Shown here in pieces: positions 35,200 to 47,997 of a stretch of 64,000 nt of DNA. Under the pieces are notes generated by a model, which saw only the letters and a program-made list of their open reading frames with translations, did no database searches and was not told where the DNA came from. Position 1 is the first letter of the stretch; each line of letters starts with the position of its first letter. Position numbers and translations under genes: made by a program. Source of the stretch: Selaginella moellendorffii (taxonomy: Eukaryota > Plantae > Lycopodiophyta); contig NW_003314319.1 of assembly GCF_000143415.4 (NCBI RefSeq), forward strand, positions 400,365-464,364, written 5' to 3'.

Positions 35200-36465
35200 T
35201 TTTCTCATTGCTTCCTCTTTTTTCTCCCTTTTTTTTTCAAAGCTTCCAATTTTTTCTTCTCTACTGCTTCAATTTTTCTGGTTGCTACTTCTTTCCTCTC
35301 CTTTTTCTTGATGGCTACTGCTTCTTTCTTTCTTTTTTATTGCTGCTTCTTATCTTTCCCTTTTCCATGTAGCCCTTTCTATTACTTTCAATTTTTTCTG
35401 CTTCTCATGTGCTTGTTTTGTAGTAGCAATTGCTTTAACACTTGTGAATTCTAGACTTGTTAAAACAATTCTAGCACTAGCTTGCAACATTAGTCCAAGT
35501 CAAGGATGATTTTAGCCCCTAAAAATAATTTTGCATGCAAGTATGCCACCTTATTGTTTTCTAATTGCCATCCAGGCACATCTACGTGTTGCTTGTGCTA
35601 CTTAGTTCGATGCTTTGGCAAAGCTCTTGGGAAACAAAGCTGTAAATAAATGAGAACTAAGAAGTGTTTTTTACCTAGCTACTCAAGCTGTCTAAGAAGT
35701 TTAGGATGCTCAAGCTGGTCAAGATGACTACTTGCTTGTTACTCAGGCTGCACTAAATGCTGTAGATGGACCTCAAGTTGCACTTGATCCTCATGTTGTT
35801 TGGGCTGCACTAGATCCTACTCAAGTTCTAGTTCATGATTGAGGTGGCTTCTAATCTCTTAGTCTCCTAGCTCTAACGTGTTTTCAAAGTTTGCTTCAAA
35901 GTAGTTGAGAAATATTGCATGGAGTGTACTTGGACCAAAGTGAGTGTCCATGGCATTCTTGTTTAATGAGTATAAACCATTTGCTCTAAAATTGGATTGA
36001 ATGTTTGCAAGTGTCAAAGCCATAGCCATGGCTCTACTAGATAATTATGCAAGATCTCCACGATTGACTTCATGTCCTAGATGTCCAAGAGTGTGTTCAT
36101 CCATGCACTACTTGAAGTAACACTTGTATGGCCCAAAACATGCAATGTGTAACGGCTGCATGAAGTATCTGTTGAAAGAAGAATCACATCCACACCTAAC
36201 ATTCTTGTTGTGTCAAATGTAACCTTTGTGACATGGGATCTATGGCTATCAACAATGAGAGCATGGCAATTTGTAAGCAAGCATCCACCAAATACTAATT
36301 TCACAAATTGTTCAAGCTATTGTGGCCACAAGTTGTTTGTCATCCAAACTTTTGATGGTGAATGCATCTCCAACTTCACAATTTGCAATCCAATTTTGCA
36401 TCCTCCACTCACCTTTGAAAATATAAAAGTTAAGTATTCATCCACCTGCTACATTTATGGCCACT
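35200..36465 (-). mobile_element. Degenerate pogo-like (Tc1/mariner superfamily, DDE_1) transposase
   Basis: Minus-strand remnants read VAINVAGG*ILNFYIFKG, KVWMT, HALIVDSHRSHVT, GVDVILL.TDTS..QPL.IACFGPYK and ALTLANIQSNFRANGLYSLN, followed by a Lys/Glu-rich tail. Stops and frameshifts are present. Confidence 0.8.
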
Positions 36466-38182
36466 AGAACAATTATATGCTCTGTGTTGTTTAAGACAAT
36501 TTGGTAATTGGATATTGCACTTCAAGCAGCCAACACTTTGACACCTCTAGAAAGATTAGCTTGAATGCCAATTTCACCAATATTTCAAATGTGATCTACC
36601 TCATAGTTATTTCTAGTGTAAGTTTCTTCCAAATTTTTCTAGAATTATGCCATAACTACTTTTAAGGACTTTGCTTGTTGTAGCTCCAAAGCCTCAATTA
36701 CTTTGTTATTGATCTCTGGATGTCTTTTATTAAAGCCTCAACACCATTTTTGACTTGGTCCTCCTTCTATCTAGGTAATTACTCTACTAGCAATTAACAA
36801 CTTTGTTGCATCTTTCAGTTGATTGAAAGTGAGTGGATAATTTATTTCAACTCAAGCTTTCATTAAAGATGCAAGAGACTATTCTTCCAATGATATAAGA
36901 ATGGTGGGAGGACCTAATTGTCTTGTGTTATGTTCTTTTAATTGATCACACAAAGTTGTTTGAGGTACATTGAATTCTTAAGCAACTTTTCTTTCAAATA
37001 TGCCATATTCTTCCACCTCATTCATAACTTTCTTTATTGATTCTTTATTCCATATTTTAGTTGCATGTTTCTGGCTATGTGTTTTGGTTGGAGGCTCACT
37101 TATAAAACATGGACAAACAATAGAGAAGTTAAACATTTTTTTTTCTTTCAGCCTGACGATCTTTTACCTTTGCAATGCCAGGACATTGGCTTTTAGATAC
37201 ACTTTCAAGGATAAGAGCTACCAAACTTCTCTATACCATGGGCTAAAAGAAAGTTTAGTTAAAAATCTGAAATGGAAGTAGATAGCTACTTTTTGTTGCA
37301 AGGATGGCCCAAAATGGGATAACCTTTAGGAGTTGCAAGTGTTTGCGTATGAATTTCTGAAAGTTGTGTTCTTTTGCTCTATAATATGTTAGTTTCTTGT
37401 TGTAACTTTTTGACTAAGCAAAGGAGTGGCATGTGATGTATTTCATTTATGTATATTAAATGTTCCTTTCTCAAAACAATGGCATACCTCAAGATTTGAT
37501 ATGTTCTTTCCAACTTTTTCACTTTTCTTGCCCACTCTTGAGATATTTTGACCCTATGATGAAATGTAGTTTGATGAATAATTGAACTCAATAAATCTTT
37601 TGCTCTTACATTTTTATTAAGCTCTCTTATAAACTTAGAAATACAAATGATAGAAAACAATGGAATGAGTTCTTTTTCTTCCAAATGGCTAGATTTCTAA
37701 TTGAAAGAAGTAAGATAGCACTCAAATCCATTGTAACCTAGAATGCCATAGAACGCACTGAAAAGTTTTCCATTTATCACATAAACATAGTTTGAGCCAA
37801 AGGTGGCCTAAGGTGAGATGGGCCCATAACCATAATTTCAATTTTCCACTATTATATTATTTCTTTGATTGGAACTAGAGTTCTAAAGGAGTATTATCCT
37901 TTGCAGTAATCAAAAAATTTCCAATTTAGTTAAGCTCCCAGCTTTCTATCAATTATAGAGCAAAATCCAACTTCTTCCTTAGCAATATAATTTCTACATA
38001 TATGATATGAAAATGCAAATTTCTGTAGCTTTCACATTGGTGGAGATACAAGTAGCATTAATTGTCCCCAAAGAGTGTTTAAACTTGTGCTTTTTCTTTA
38101 GATCTAGTTTCTACATTATCTAAAGCTTTATTATTCTTCTTTTCTTTTATTTCTCTTTTTCTTGATGACAATGGTTTCAAAT

Positions 38183-38184
<2 letters not shown>

Positions 38185-38223
<39 letters not shown>
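38185..38223. repeat. (TA)n microsatellite
   Basis: Perfect TA run of ~39 nt. Confidence 0.98.
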
Positions 38224-38226
<3 letters not shown>

Positions 38227-40607
38227 ATTGCAATGCTATCCCTTTTAAAGACAAATAAAAAACTCATGCAAACACCAAATACTATTTTAAGAATAATAAG
38301 TGGTGATCACAAAAGTAATATACAATGATTAAAATGTAATAGCTTAGTGGGGATTAAAGCATTCTTTCAAGTGTTTTAAAACATGCATTTAAGTGTGTTG
38401 AAAACACTAATAATATTTTTTAACAATTGCATCAGGGTTATTTGTCTTTTATACAATTTAATGTTTGTTTTTGGAGTCTCATGCTTCATACAAAGTTGAA
38501 TATATTAGAGTTGATTAAATTGAGCATATTATATATTGTGGCAAATGTTTTATTAAAATTTTGTAGTGCTTCTGCATATATTTGCTTTAGCAACCCTTAA
38601 TGATAACATAATACACTTTTCCCTCTTGTAGCCACATGTGCTTTAACTTAAATTCTAAAGTACTTTGATAAAAGTTGATATTGTTATTGCTCATGTTCAA
38701 GGACAAAAACATAAATAAAGTTATAATGTAAATCTTTTATATCATCTCCTGATAGCATAAGTCTATAGAACTTTAGTTTGTGGTGAATATGGAGGTGAAG
38801 TGGCTAAATCTTATAGTATTGAAAGATAAATTAATATAAACACTTTGAGCAAAACATTTGGATGTCAAGGTTGCATTTTTAAATACTATCTCTTTGGCTT
38901 TCTTTCTCAATTGTGTTCATTTTAACTATAGTTGCAAGTGAAAGTTGCTGAAGGCCACTCACTCTTTCAGTGGTGGTAACAACTCATGGTAAAGCTATAA
39001 GCTTAAAACTTATTTTTTTCTCTTTGTGATTACTTATGTATAATAGCTACTCTCATGGTTGCTAACAAAGAAAAATGGCAACATCAAGTATAGTGGAGCA
39101 GAGTGAAATAAGTTTAAAACTATATAAACAAAGTCTAATTGTTTTAAAGTGTGAAAGATACATTCTTGGACCTAAAGCCTTTCCTTACAACTTTTTTCAT
39201 TATGTAGACATTCCTAAGGTTAGGTCTAAATTGTCCTCCAAATTTTTATAGGTAACATTTTCTCACATCTAGGACTCACTACTTTACAAATATTATATGT
39301 TCAAAGTTGATTAGTTAGTTGACAAGCTTGGACCAAGTTTACAAACCAATGGTCCTGACCAGCCTCATCTAAGTTGACTAAAGTGTTGACAAGCTTTAAC
39401 TGAAACTAGACTTAGACTATGGACAAATTGGCCCAAGCTGCATGCAACACAGCTCTATACAAAAAAAACCCTAAAAAAAAATTCTTTAAAATACAAATAG
39501 AAACTAAAAACTTATAAGACTAATATCTTTTTGTTCTCCTGTCTTGCTCTTCTTGTCTCACTCAATTTTCTAGAAAAACAACAACTCTTACCTCCACTAG
39601 ATGGAGAATATAAACCACTAGATGGAGAGCTATGCAATAGACTAGTGGTTGGTGTTATAGCACTAAGAAAACAAAAAGAAAAAACCTAGTATACATGTGA
39701 TTCTTTGGGTTATCATAGAAAAAAGTGTCTTATAATGTGCAGAGATGCTTTAAGGTAATTGCTATTGTTAGTATTTAATACAATTCTTAGTAAAAAACTT
39801 TGAATTATTTGTAGTTTATACTTGAAAAAGCTATTGTAGTAAACTAGTTCTTGACTAGACTATTTACCATTTGCAAAACATGTCAATAAAATTTGTTATA
39901 GTGATGTCATATTGTAATACATAGTTTAGCTATGTAGTTTAAGGCTGAATTAACTTCTAATAGATATAACAATAGCTAAATGTAACTCCTAATGGTAGAT
40001 TCATAAGTCAAATGTGCATATCTCATAAGAGCAATGCGTTAATTTGGAGATGGCCCACTTATTCCTTTGTCCAAATGCTTTGATTGTGATTTGCTTTTTC
40101 AAAATCTTAAGTTAGTTTTGATTTTTTTCAACTCTATTGAGTAACAACATTGATAATAAAGGGTCATTATAGCTCACTTCCCATTGATTTAGTGTGCTAA
40201 TGTGACATTTTCTTTGGATAGTGTCAGGTAATATACTATATAACACTTTATGGCACTTTGTAATGATACAAGCATGAATAAGTATTTCAGGTGAGAGGAG
40301 AAAGAATAAGTAGCTAGGAATGAAATATTACAATGGTGATGATGTATTAATTTCTGATACTTTATGAGTTTGTAATAAAGTTTAGAAATTTAGGATTTAT
40401 ATTAATTACCATAAAATATACATTTGAACATTTCTTATAATAATAATTATTTTTTATTCACTTAACATCTATATGAGAAATATATTTAGAATAATACATC
40501 AAATTATTCAACAGTAATTACATTGTATTCTTCAATTAATATAAACTGAAGCACTTGAAAAAGAAAATAAAATAAAAATGATTTGAGCAAAACTATTTAT
40601 TTACTAT

Positions 40608-40716
40608 TGTGAGTGTTTAAGATATGGAAATAAGTATATTAATAATTGGGGTTTCAAAGAATGAATGAATCAGATTTAATCCCAAATATACAGCCCACAT
40701 GCTATAGTACTATAAT

Positions 40717-40798
<82 letters not shown>

Positions 40799-40820
40799 TA
40801 AACACACACACACACATATA
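40608..40820 (-). mobile_element. LTR fragment of the 24066 family ending in an expanded (TA)n/(CA)n tract
   Basis: TGTGAGTGTTTAAGATATGGAAATAAGTATATTAAT..GATTTAATCCCAA..CTATAGTACTATAATTA is the reverse complement of the LTR 3' half. Compound microsatellite at 40721-40820. Confidence 0.75.
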
Positions 40821-41064
40821 GTTATTTTTATTTATATTTTAAATATATGCAAAATTATATAAAAGTCTATAGCAGAAATGGCTCCCATTTAGTCCTGTAA
40901 TTCTGGATCGGAATTTTATAGGTCATAATCGAAGATTGGTTGTTTTTGTCCCGCGACTTTTGAGCTTCCCGCTTCTTCTTCTCTGTCTAGTTCTTATAAA
41001 AGGAAGAACAGCGTCTTCTCGTATTCACAGCATCGATCGAAATGCTGGCTTCCAAGCACCGATT

Positions 41065-43908
41065 ATGACTACGGATCCATCTCCTGGTGACCGATCCAAG
41101 GCGACGCATTCTTCCAATTCTCTCCCAGGGCACCCATCCGCTGGTCTCATTTGTAGGCGCCCGATTCTTCCACACGCCAGGAGCGGCGCTCTAGGGCTTT
41201 CGCAGGCGCTCGAGGCGCCCGAGGCGACGATCTGCCACAGGTCACAGCAAGGATTCTTCTGGACTCGCACGAAATCGTCAAGCTGCAAGTGTAAATCCGT
41301 GGTGCGAGCCAGGCGCCCGGGCAGGCGGTTGGATTTCGTGGCTCTCCCCGTTCGCTTCCAGGCTCCGAGAACAGGAAATATAGGTCATCTAGGGGAATAT
41401 GGAGGAGGAAGAGCCTCCAGATCTAGATCGCCAGCGCGCGGCTCCTCGACGATTGTGACAACAGCAAGATCGGCATCGTCCAGAGCAGCGCCGCGATCGG
41501 TGGAGCTGATCTGTCGAAGCGGCGGCGGCAGCAACGAGAATTTCCCCGGGAGCAGCACGACCTTCCAAGAATCAAGGGGAGATCGTCCGAGGAGCAGCAG
41601 CGGCAGCCAGGGTTTGGTCGATTCTCTCAAGAACACCAGTGGACTGCTCGTGCTCGCCAAGGAGGAGGAGAGGAACATCTCTAATCCCGTCGTGAAGCTC
41701 AAGATCGGGGAGACTTCTCGATACATCCGCCTACTGGCGACGCCATCGGCACGGGAGGACCAGCAGCGATCAGCTCCAGGTTTCTTTGTAATGCATAGCT
41801 CCCGTGTTCTTGATCTTCTCTGCGTGTTCTTGGCCGAATTCATGGATGTTTTCTTTCTGTGGCAGAGGCAGGCGATCCTCCAGTGACATTTCCATCACAT
41901 CGCTCCGATCCGCCTTGGGATCTCTCGCTTCCTCACGTCGCTGTGGCCACGATCGCATCCGTCCTGTTTGGCTACCACATCGGGTACTTTTCTTTGAATT
42001 TTCTTCCCTTGCGAATAACTTTTCTTCGTTCCAGAGTTGTGAATGTGCCACTCCAGTACATCGCTCAGGACCTCGGATTTGGCGGAAGCGCCATAGCCCA
42101 AGGTGCTGTGCTCTGAAAAATTTAGAGTTCTTGGTGATGAGACCGGGGCGCAGGGCTGCTGGTGAGTCTGCTCCTTGGAGGCGCGTTTGTAGGATGCGCA
42201 GCGAGTGGCCTCATCGCGGATGGCGTCGGGCGGCGCCGCGCGTTTCAGCTGAGCAGCGTTCCTATGATCGCCGGAGCCATTTTGTGGTATGTATGTTTCT
42301 CTTGGTTTTATTTATTCCCTCTTTGTTTTCTCATGCCTTGCGATCAATGTAGTGCGTCTTCTATGTCTCTCAAGATGATGCTCTATGGCCGATTTCTCGT
42401 GGGCGTGGGATTGGGACTCAGTGGACCACTCGCTTCTCTCTATGTTTCTGAGGTAAGATAGCCATACCCAAGAGTTTTGTCATAGTTAGTTCCATCCTTT
42501 TCTTTCTTTCAGATTTCTCCGACGGCTGTGAGGGGTGCGTATGGAAGCTTGCTCCAAGTTGCTGGATGCTGTGGGATCCTTGGAGCACTTGTAGCTGGAT
42601 TTCCCTCCTCTTCCATCATCGGCTGGTGAACTTCAATCACTTGAATGTGTTTCGATTGTCAAGTTAAGAAATTGCAGGTGGAGGGTTTGCTTTTGGATAT
42701 CAACAGGACCTGCTGTCTTACTTGCGGTAGCAATGCAGTTTTGTGCTGAGAGCCCTCGCTGGCTTTTCAAGGTAGACTCTCTTTTGTTTTTTATTTTTCC
42801 TTTCCCACTTTTCCGAATGATGCTGTGCTACAGAGGAAGCAATATGGGAAAGCCGAGATGTCGCTGGAACGACTCTGGGGCCCCATGCACGTCAAAGAAG
42901 CGATGTTCGATCTTCTGGTAAAAGAGCAGCTTGAAGCCGGGCGAAGACGTTCATGGTGTGATTTATTCGATCGGCAGTATTCTAGAGGTACGCATACAGC
43001 TCTTTTTTTATGCAACACTTGTTTCCAAAACTTCACTCTGCAGTTGTCCTGATTGGAGCTGCACTTTTTGCGTTCCAACAGCTCGCAGGAATCAACGCTG
43101 TGTTCTACTTTTCGTCCACGGTTTTCAGGCAGGCGGGAATCACTTCGGACGTCTACGCGAGCATATGTGTTGGAATAGCAAATCTTTTCGGTACGTCTCT
43201 CCATATTCGAGGTGGTCGAAAGATCTGAGCCTGCTTATGCCGTTTATGTAGCATCTTTACTGGCAACGTACCTCATGGACAGGCAAGGCAGGAGACCGCT
43301 TTTGATCTTTAGCTTCTCTGGCATGGTATAGAAGTTTAAAAACCTTCCAACTGTATATCTCCTTCTTTTTCTTGATGTTGCAGGCTGTAGCCATGGCGAT
43401 TCAAGCGTCAGCAGCTGCATTCCCGCTGCTAGCACCAATTCAGGGCAGTCTCGCCGTCTTTTCGACTCTAACGTAAGCAAACGTTTCTTTATTTCTCACT
43501 ACCTTGTCTTGTGAGGGAAAAAAAATGCAGGTACGTGATGATGTTCGCGCTGGGAGCCGGGCCGGTTCCAGGCCTCTTGTTACCCGAGCTCTTTGCGGAT
43601 GGTATCAGAGCCAAGGCCATGTCAATAGCAATGTGTATCCACTGGGTAAGCGCAATGGGATTTTCTCGGCCGAGACTGTCACTGAGAAGAAGCTTTGTTT
43701 CTCTTTGATGCCACAGATTGTCAACTTTGTGGTTGGCCTCACCTTCCTACAGCTGCTTCACAAATACGGCGCAGCGGCCCTCTACGCGTTCTTCGCCATG
43801 GTTTGCGTTGTGGCGGCCGTTTTCGTGAGCCAGATGATATTTGAGACGCGGGGGAAGACGCTGGACGAGATCCAGGCGCTGCTACTTACATCAGAGCCCC
43901 CAACGTGA
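41065..43908 (+). CDS. MFS monosaccharide transporter, plastidic glucose transporter-like subfamily, multi-exon
   Basis: Motifs LPHVAVATIASVLFGYHIGVVN.PL, IADGVGRRRAFQ, YVSEISP..VRG.YGS, WWR, AESPRWL, FQQLAGINAVFYFSS, GAGPVPGLLLPE and ETRGKTLDEI. First in-frame ATG is at 41065. Confidence 0.9.
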
Positions 43909-44563
43909 AAGAGTCTGATCAATTATATCTGTAAATGTTGTTCTAGATCCCATAAGATCCGCAGATATAATTCGGTGTTTAGAACCGTAAACAAAAGGTA
44001 AGCATATGTTTGATTGAGGAGGTCTTGTGCAAGCATTATCACAGTTATAACATTCATCAGTTATATGCTGTCATAAGCTGTCATCGTCCAAGTTAAGACA
44101 CCACAATGCATATAGATTGTTATCTCAAATAATTGTACCGAACAACCATTCCCCACAACCTTGTTCTATAATCCTGTTTTTCCAATCATATGAGAGTTCC
44201 CATGTGATGGAATATAGATCATGCTTTAAACTCTAGCACTGGCTTGTTACTTGGGATGAAAGGAGAAGACCTGTGTAGTGAAGAGCTGCAAACTCGAGTG
44301 GTGACAGCAAAATCCTTTTTGGTGACAACCCCAAGCAGTTCGACATTGAGGTTGGATCCAGTTTCGTTCAAGAAGCTGGTCCTCTGTGTATACATATTAT
44401 TAATTCTGGCCTTTTATGACAAACAAAGACTTGGAGAGATAATGACATTTGTAAACATATTTTTGTCAGAATTTCTGGCCTTTCGTGGCAAACGAGAGCT
44501 AATGACATCGGGTTTGTCATGTTTGTGCCATGTTTAATTTGAGGCTTAGATTTTTTATGGTGA

Positions 44564-45013
44564 TTAGAAAGCGTATGTAGGGAAGACAAACTCGGGCAGA
44601 TCATCCAGGCTGAAAAAGGGGGGTTGCTTTTGCGACGCAAGCAACCCTTTCCCCCCTCCGCCGCCACCACCGGCGTCGCCAAATCTCAATAAACTAGTCG
44701 GAATTGGAGAGGTGAACCGCGGAGCATCGATCGCACCGACAGGCGGGGCCACGACAAATTCAGGGACGTAGGGCTCGTCCATCGCGCCCGCGCCGCCTCC
44801 GATTCCACTCATTCCACTCCAATTGCCGCCATGGGGGACTGAGCAATCAGCTGTTCTTACCTGTGGGCCGAATCGAGCAAAGGGATGAGCGTCGCCCTCA
44901 GGGGGCGAATTCGATGGTGCGAACGACCTCCCATGGTTATAATTGATGCTTCGGCTGCGCTTACCCCCTCTCTTTCCCCGTCGCCTCCTTCGCTTCAAGC
45001 TAATTGGATCCAT
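44564..45013 (-). CDS. Hypothetical protein with basic NLS-like N-terminus (~149 aa)
   Basis: GC-rich ORF MDPISLKRRRRRGKRGGKRSR..PPFFSLDDLPEFVFPTYAF*, with a telo-box immediately upstream. No family recognised, and a possible internal splice donor. Confidence 0.5.
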   Translation of the reverse strand: MDPISLKRRRRRGKRGGKRSRSINYNHGRSFAPSNSPPEGDAHPFARFGPQVRTADCSVPHGGNWSGMSGIGGGAGAMDEPYVPEFVVAPPVGAIDAPRFTSPIPTSLLRFGDAGGGGGGGKGLLASQKQPPFFSLDDLPEFVFPTYAF

Positions 45014-45145
45014 CGCGCTCCACAAACCCTAAAAAACCTTTGCTCTTTTTCTAGGGCTCCTCCCTTCCCGGGAAATCGAATTTGAAAACCTTTTATATAC
45101 GAATAATAAAGGATGCCTTCTCTCGTGTGACTGTGTGTGTGATTT

Positions 45146-45985
45146 TTACACCTTTTCTTTGCGTTTCTTGACGCCTTCAAGCCTCTTCTTCCGCCACTCC
45201 TCGAGCGCTGCTTGGAAGGGAAGCCTTGAGATTTTTTTTGACAGTCACGAAAGGAATCAGAGGTTACCTTGCTGATTTATCTGGTTGTTCACTTCCTTGA
45301 GCTCCTTGAGACGCTGCGCGAGCACGTCTGCGGCTCTCTGCCGGGCATTGCCGATTTCTTTGGTCCTGGACACATCGGAATCGGCCTCGTCTTGAATCTC
45401 CTTCACCTGGATTCGCAACACCATTTGTTGTTTTAGCTCACTTTGTTCTTGCGATCTAAAGAGAGAAAAGAAAGAACAAACCCGTCTCATAAGTTCGTGA
45501 GGCTCCACTGCTTTCCGGGCCTCCAGCGACTCTCGTATTTTCTGGAGCTCCTCCTCGGAGTACTTAGTCGCTGGAATGAAATCGAGTAAGGTTCAAAGAA
45601 AAAAATAGTTTTTTGTCAAAGCGAGAAAGAAGGAGAGACGTCCCCGCTTGACAAGTTCTTCCTTTGGCCAGGCACATTTTCCTAGAGCTGAATTTTTCTC
45701 ATACGAAAGAAAGAAAAAAAGGAAGAACGAAAGAAGGAAAGAAGGAAGAACGAACGAGAGAGGAAAAGAAGACGAAAACGAAGGAAAGAAAGAGGCAAGC
45801 TTACCGTGACCACCACGAGCAACGCTAGCTAACGAGGAGCTCAAGTAGCGGGGACCTAGCAAGCTGTGAAGAACATAGAGCACCGCGATCAAATTCACGG
45901 TGCAAATCAGCATGGTGACCCTCCTGTACGAGCATTTCACGGATCTTTCCCCCGATCCATTGCCTCCCGCAGCAGTCTGTGCCAT
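45146..45985 (-). CDS. Conserved plant uncharacterised membrane-anchored coiled-coil protein (4 exons)
   Basis: CSYRRVTMLICTVNLIAVLYVLHSL (TM) | YSEEELQKIRES..RKAVEPHEL | ..LAQRLKEL | ALEEWRKKRLE..KV*, with canonical splice sites. Confidence 0.8.
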
Positions 45986-47064
45986 ATGACCTAGCCCACC
46001 AGCAATTGCGCACCAAGACCTAGAACTCCAGCGCCCATCGCCGCCTCACCGCCTCACCGCCGCCGCTGCCCCCGGGCGTCGTCTCGGCGCCGCCGCAGAC
46101 GCCACTGCCTCCCAGCGCATCTAAATTGCGTTGCTTGAGCAGCACGCAAGAAGCCGCATTTAAAGGGGCGGGCAGCGATCGCGGAGATGAATCAGCTCGC
46201 GGCAGCCCGCCGGAGCTCGGATTGCGATGTGCGGCCAAGGAATAGCGCCGATCTTGCGTACCCTGGCGCGGGATTCTCTCACACAGCGCACACCCGCCCA
46301 AAAAGCCCAATCCCGGAATATAATTTTACTAGTATTTATATTATTTTACAGATAGGATTAAAGATAAACGTGGACTTACTGTTGTGTTAATAATAAATTT
46401 GATAATTATTTTCAAACTTTTTTTTCCAAATAAATTTATATTGCATCTATAACAATACAATAATATAATTTATTTATAATAACTTAAAAACATAAATAGT
46501 TATATCATTTTAAAGATAGCATATACTATGTTATATTGTCCTAATGTTTATTGTTTGGATGAATTTATTATTTGTGATAAAAGTTACTTTGCATAATAAA
46601 TATATATATATGCAATAAATTAATATTATAAAAGTCTAAAGGATAAAAATTTGGTTATGTGAGGGCCAAGTGTACAGCTACGATGCCGTATACTAATATT
46701 AGCGTAGTGGATTTTGGTAGCCGTCGGATTGGTTTCAATCCGGACCACTCGCTCCTGTATATAAGCTAGGGTTTTTGGGTTAATTGATATGCACATTTCT
46801 GTATTCCCTTTCCATATTCCATGCACTCACATTGGTGGAGGTGAGGGGCACCTTTGATTGTCCCTGGGGAGTGCTTGGATTTGGGATTTCGGTTTAGATC
46901 TAGCTTTTGCATTGTCTAGATCTAGCTTTTTCCATTTCCTTTCTTTTGTTCTTTCCTTTCAGGATTTTGGTTTAGATTTAGCTTTTTGCATTGTCTAGAT
47001 CTACCATTTCTTTCTAGCTTTTTGTCATTTCTCTTCTTTTGCTCTTTCTTTCTCATTCATTTTC

Positions 47065-47997
47065 ATGGCCGATCCGCAATCTCCTCCTTTGACTCTAGAG
47101 CAGCAGTTGGTTCAATTGCTTGATGCTATGCGCCTGCAATTGAACAACCAAACTCAGTTGATGGCGGCGTTCACGGCACATGGTACAACTCCTCCTGCTT
47201 TTGGTGCCAATCCTCGCGTTCGGCCGGAGTTCTTTCGTGGGAATCCTGGGGATGATGTGTACCATTGGTTCGATCACTTCACGGTGATTGCCACATATCA
47301 TTCTTGGGATGATGCTCGGCGTTTGCGTGAGTTCCCCACATGTCTTCAAGGGACGGCATTGCAGTGGTACAATGGATTGAGCGCAGCTACTCGTGGCGAT
47401 TGGAGTGTTCTTCCGGACGTCTTCAAACGCGCCTTCGGACACGCCGACGATTGTGATGATGCCTTCCAACAATTGCATCGTCTTCACCAAGGGCCATCTG
47501 AGTCGGTGATGCAATTTGGCGTTCATTTCCGAAGTCTTTTGCTTCGTGCGGAGCCAAATATGTCGGAGCGGATCAAGCTAGGAATGCTGTGGCCAGCACT
47601 TCGTCAAGATCTTGTCGGACTTGTGCATGCACTTGCTCCTGCCACTCTTGACGATGCTCTTCGCTTGGCACAACGTTATGCGACGTCGCCTCTTCCACTT
47701 CTTGCTACACGTCCTTCAGCTCCACTTCCTATGAGTGATGGTCCTGTTCCCATGGAGGTTGATGCTGCTGCTACTCGAGTCCAAGGACAAGGGCGAGGAC
47801 GTGGTCGTGGCCGTGACATTCGTTGCTGGGCGTGTGATGAAGTTGGTCATACTTATCGGCGTTGTCGGCGCTTTCCGGATTGGCGACCTCCATTTCCTGG
47901 GTGGAGACCTTGGCGTCAGCAACGTCCCGTTGGTGCTGCTGCGGTGGAAGGTTTGGATACCGAGGTGCATTCGGGAAACGAGGAGTCGCGCGAGTAA
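47065..47997 (+). CDS. gag: Gag (retrotransposon capsid + CCHC zinc knuckle)
   Basis: PEFFRG, L.G.A..WY, LHQG..ESV..F, PVPMEVD and CWACDEVGHTYRRC. Confidence 0.95.
   Translation: MADPQSPPLTLEQQLVQLLDAMRLQLNNQTQLMAAFTAHGTTPPAFGANPRVRPEFFRGNPGDDVYHWFDHFTVIATYHSWDDARRLREFPTCLQGTALQWYNGLSAATRGDWSVLPDVFKRAFGHADDCDDAFQQLHRLHQGPSESVMQFGVHFRSLLLRAEPNMSERIKLGMLWPALRQDLVGLVHALAPATLDDALRLAQRYATSPLPLLATRPSAPLPMSDGPVPMEVDAAATRVQGQGRGRGRGRDIRCWACDEVGHTYRRCRRFPDWRPPFPGWRPWRQQRPVGAAAVEGLDTEVHSGNEESRE

Noticed and set aside
47862-47972. Pol start given by the ORF track
   Set aside because: This is a non-ATG start inside gag. Entry at the slippery site explains Pol expression better.
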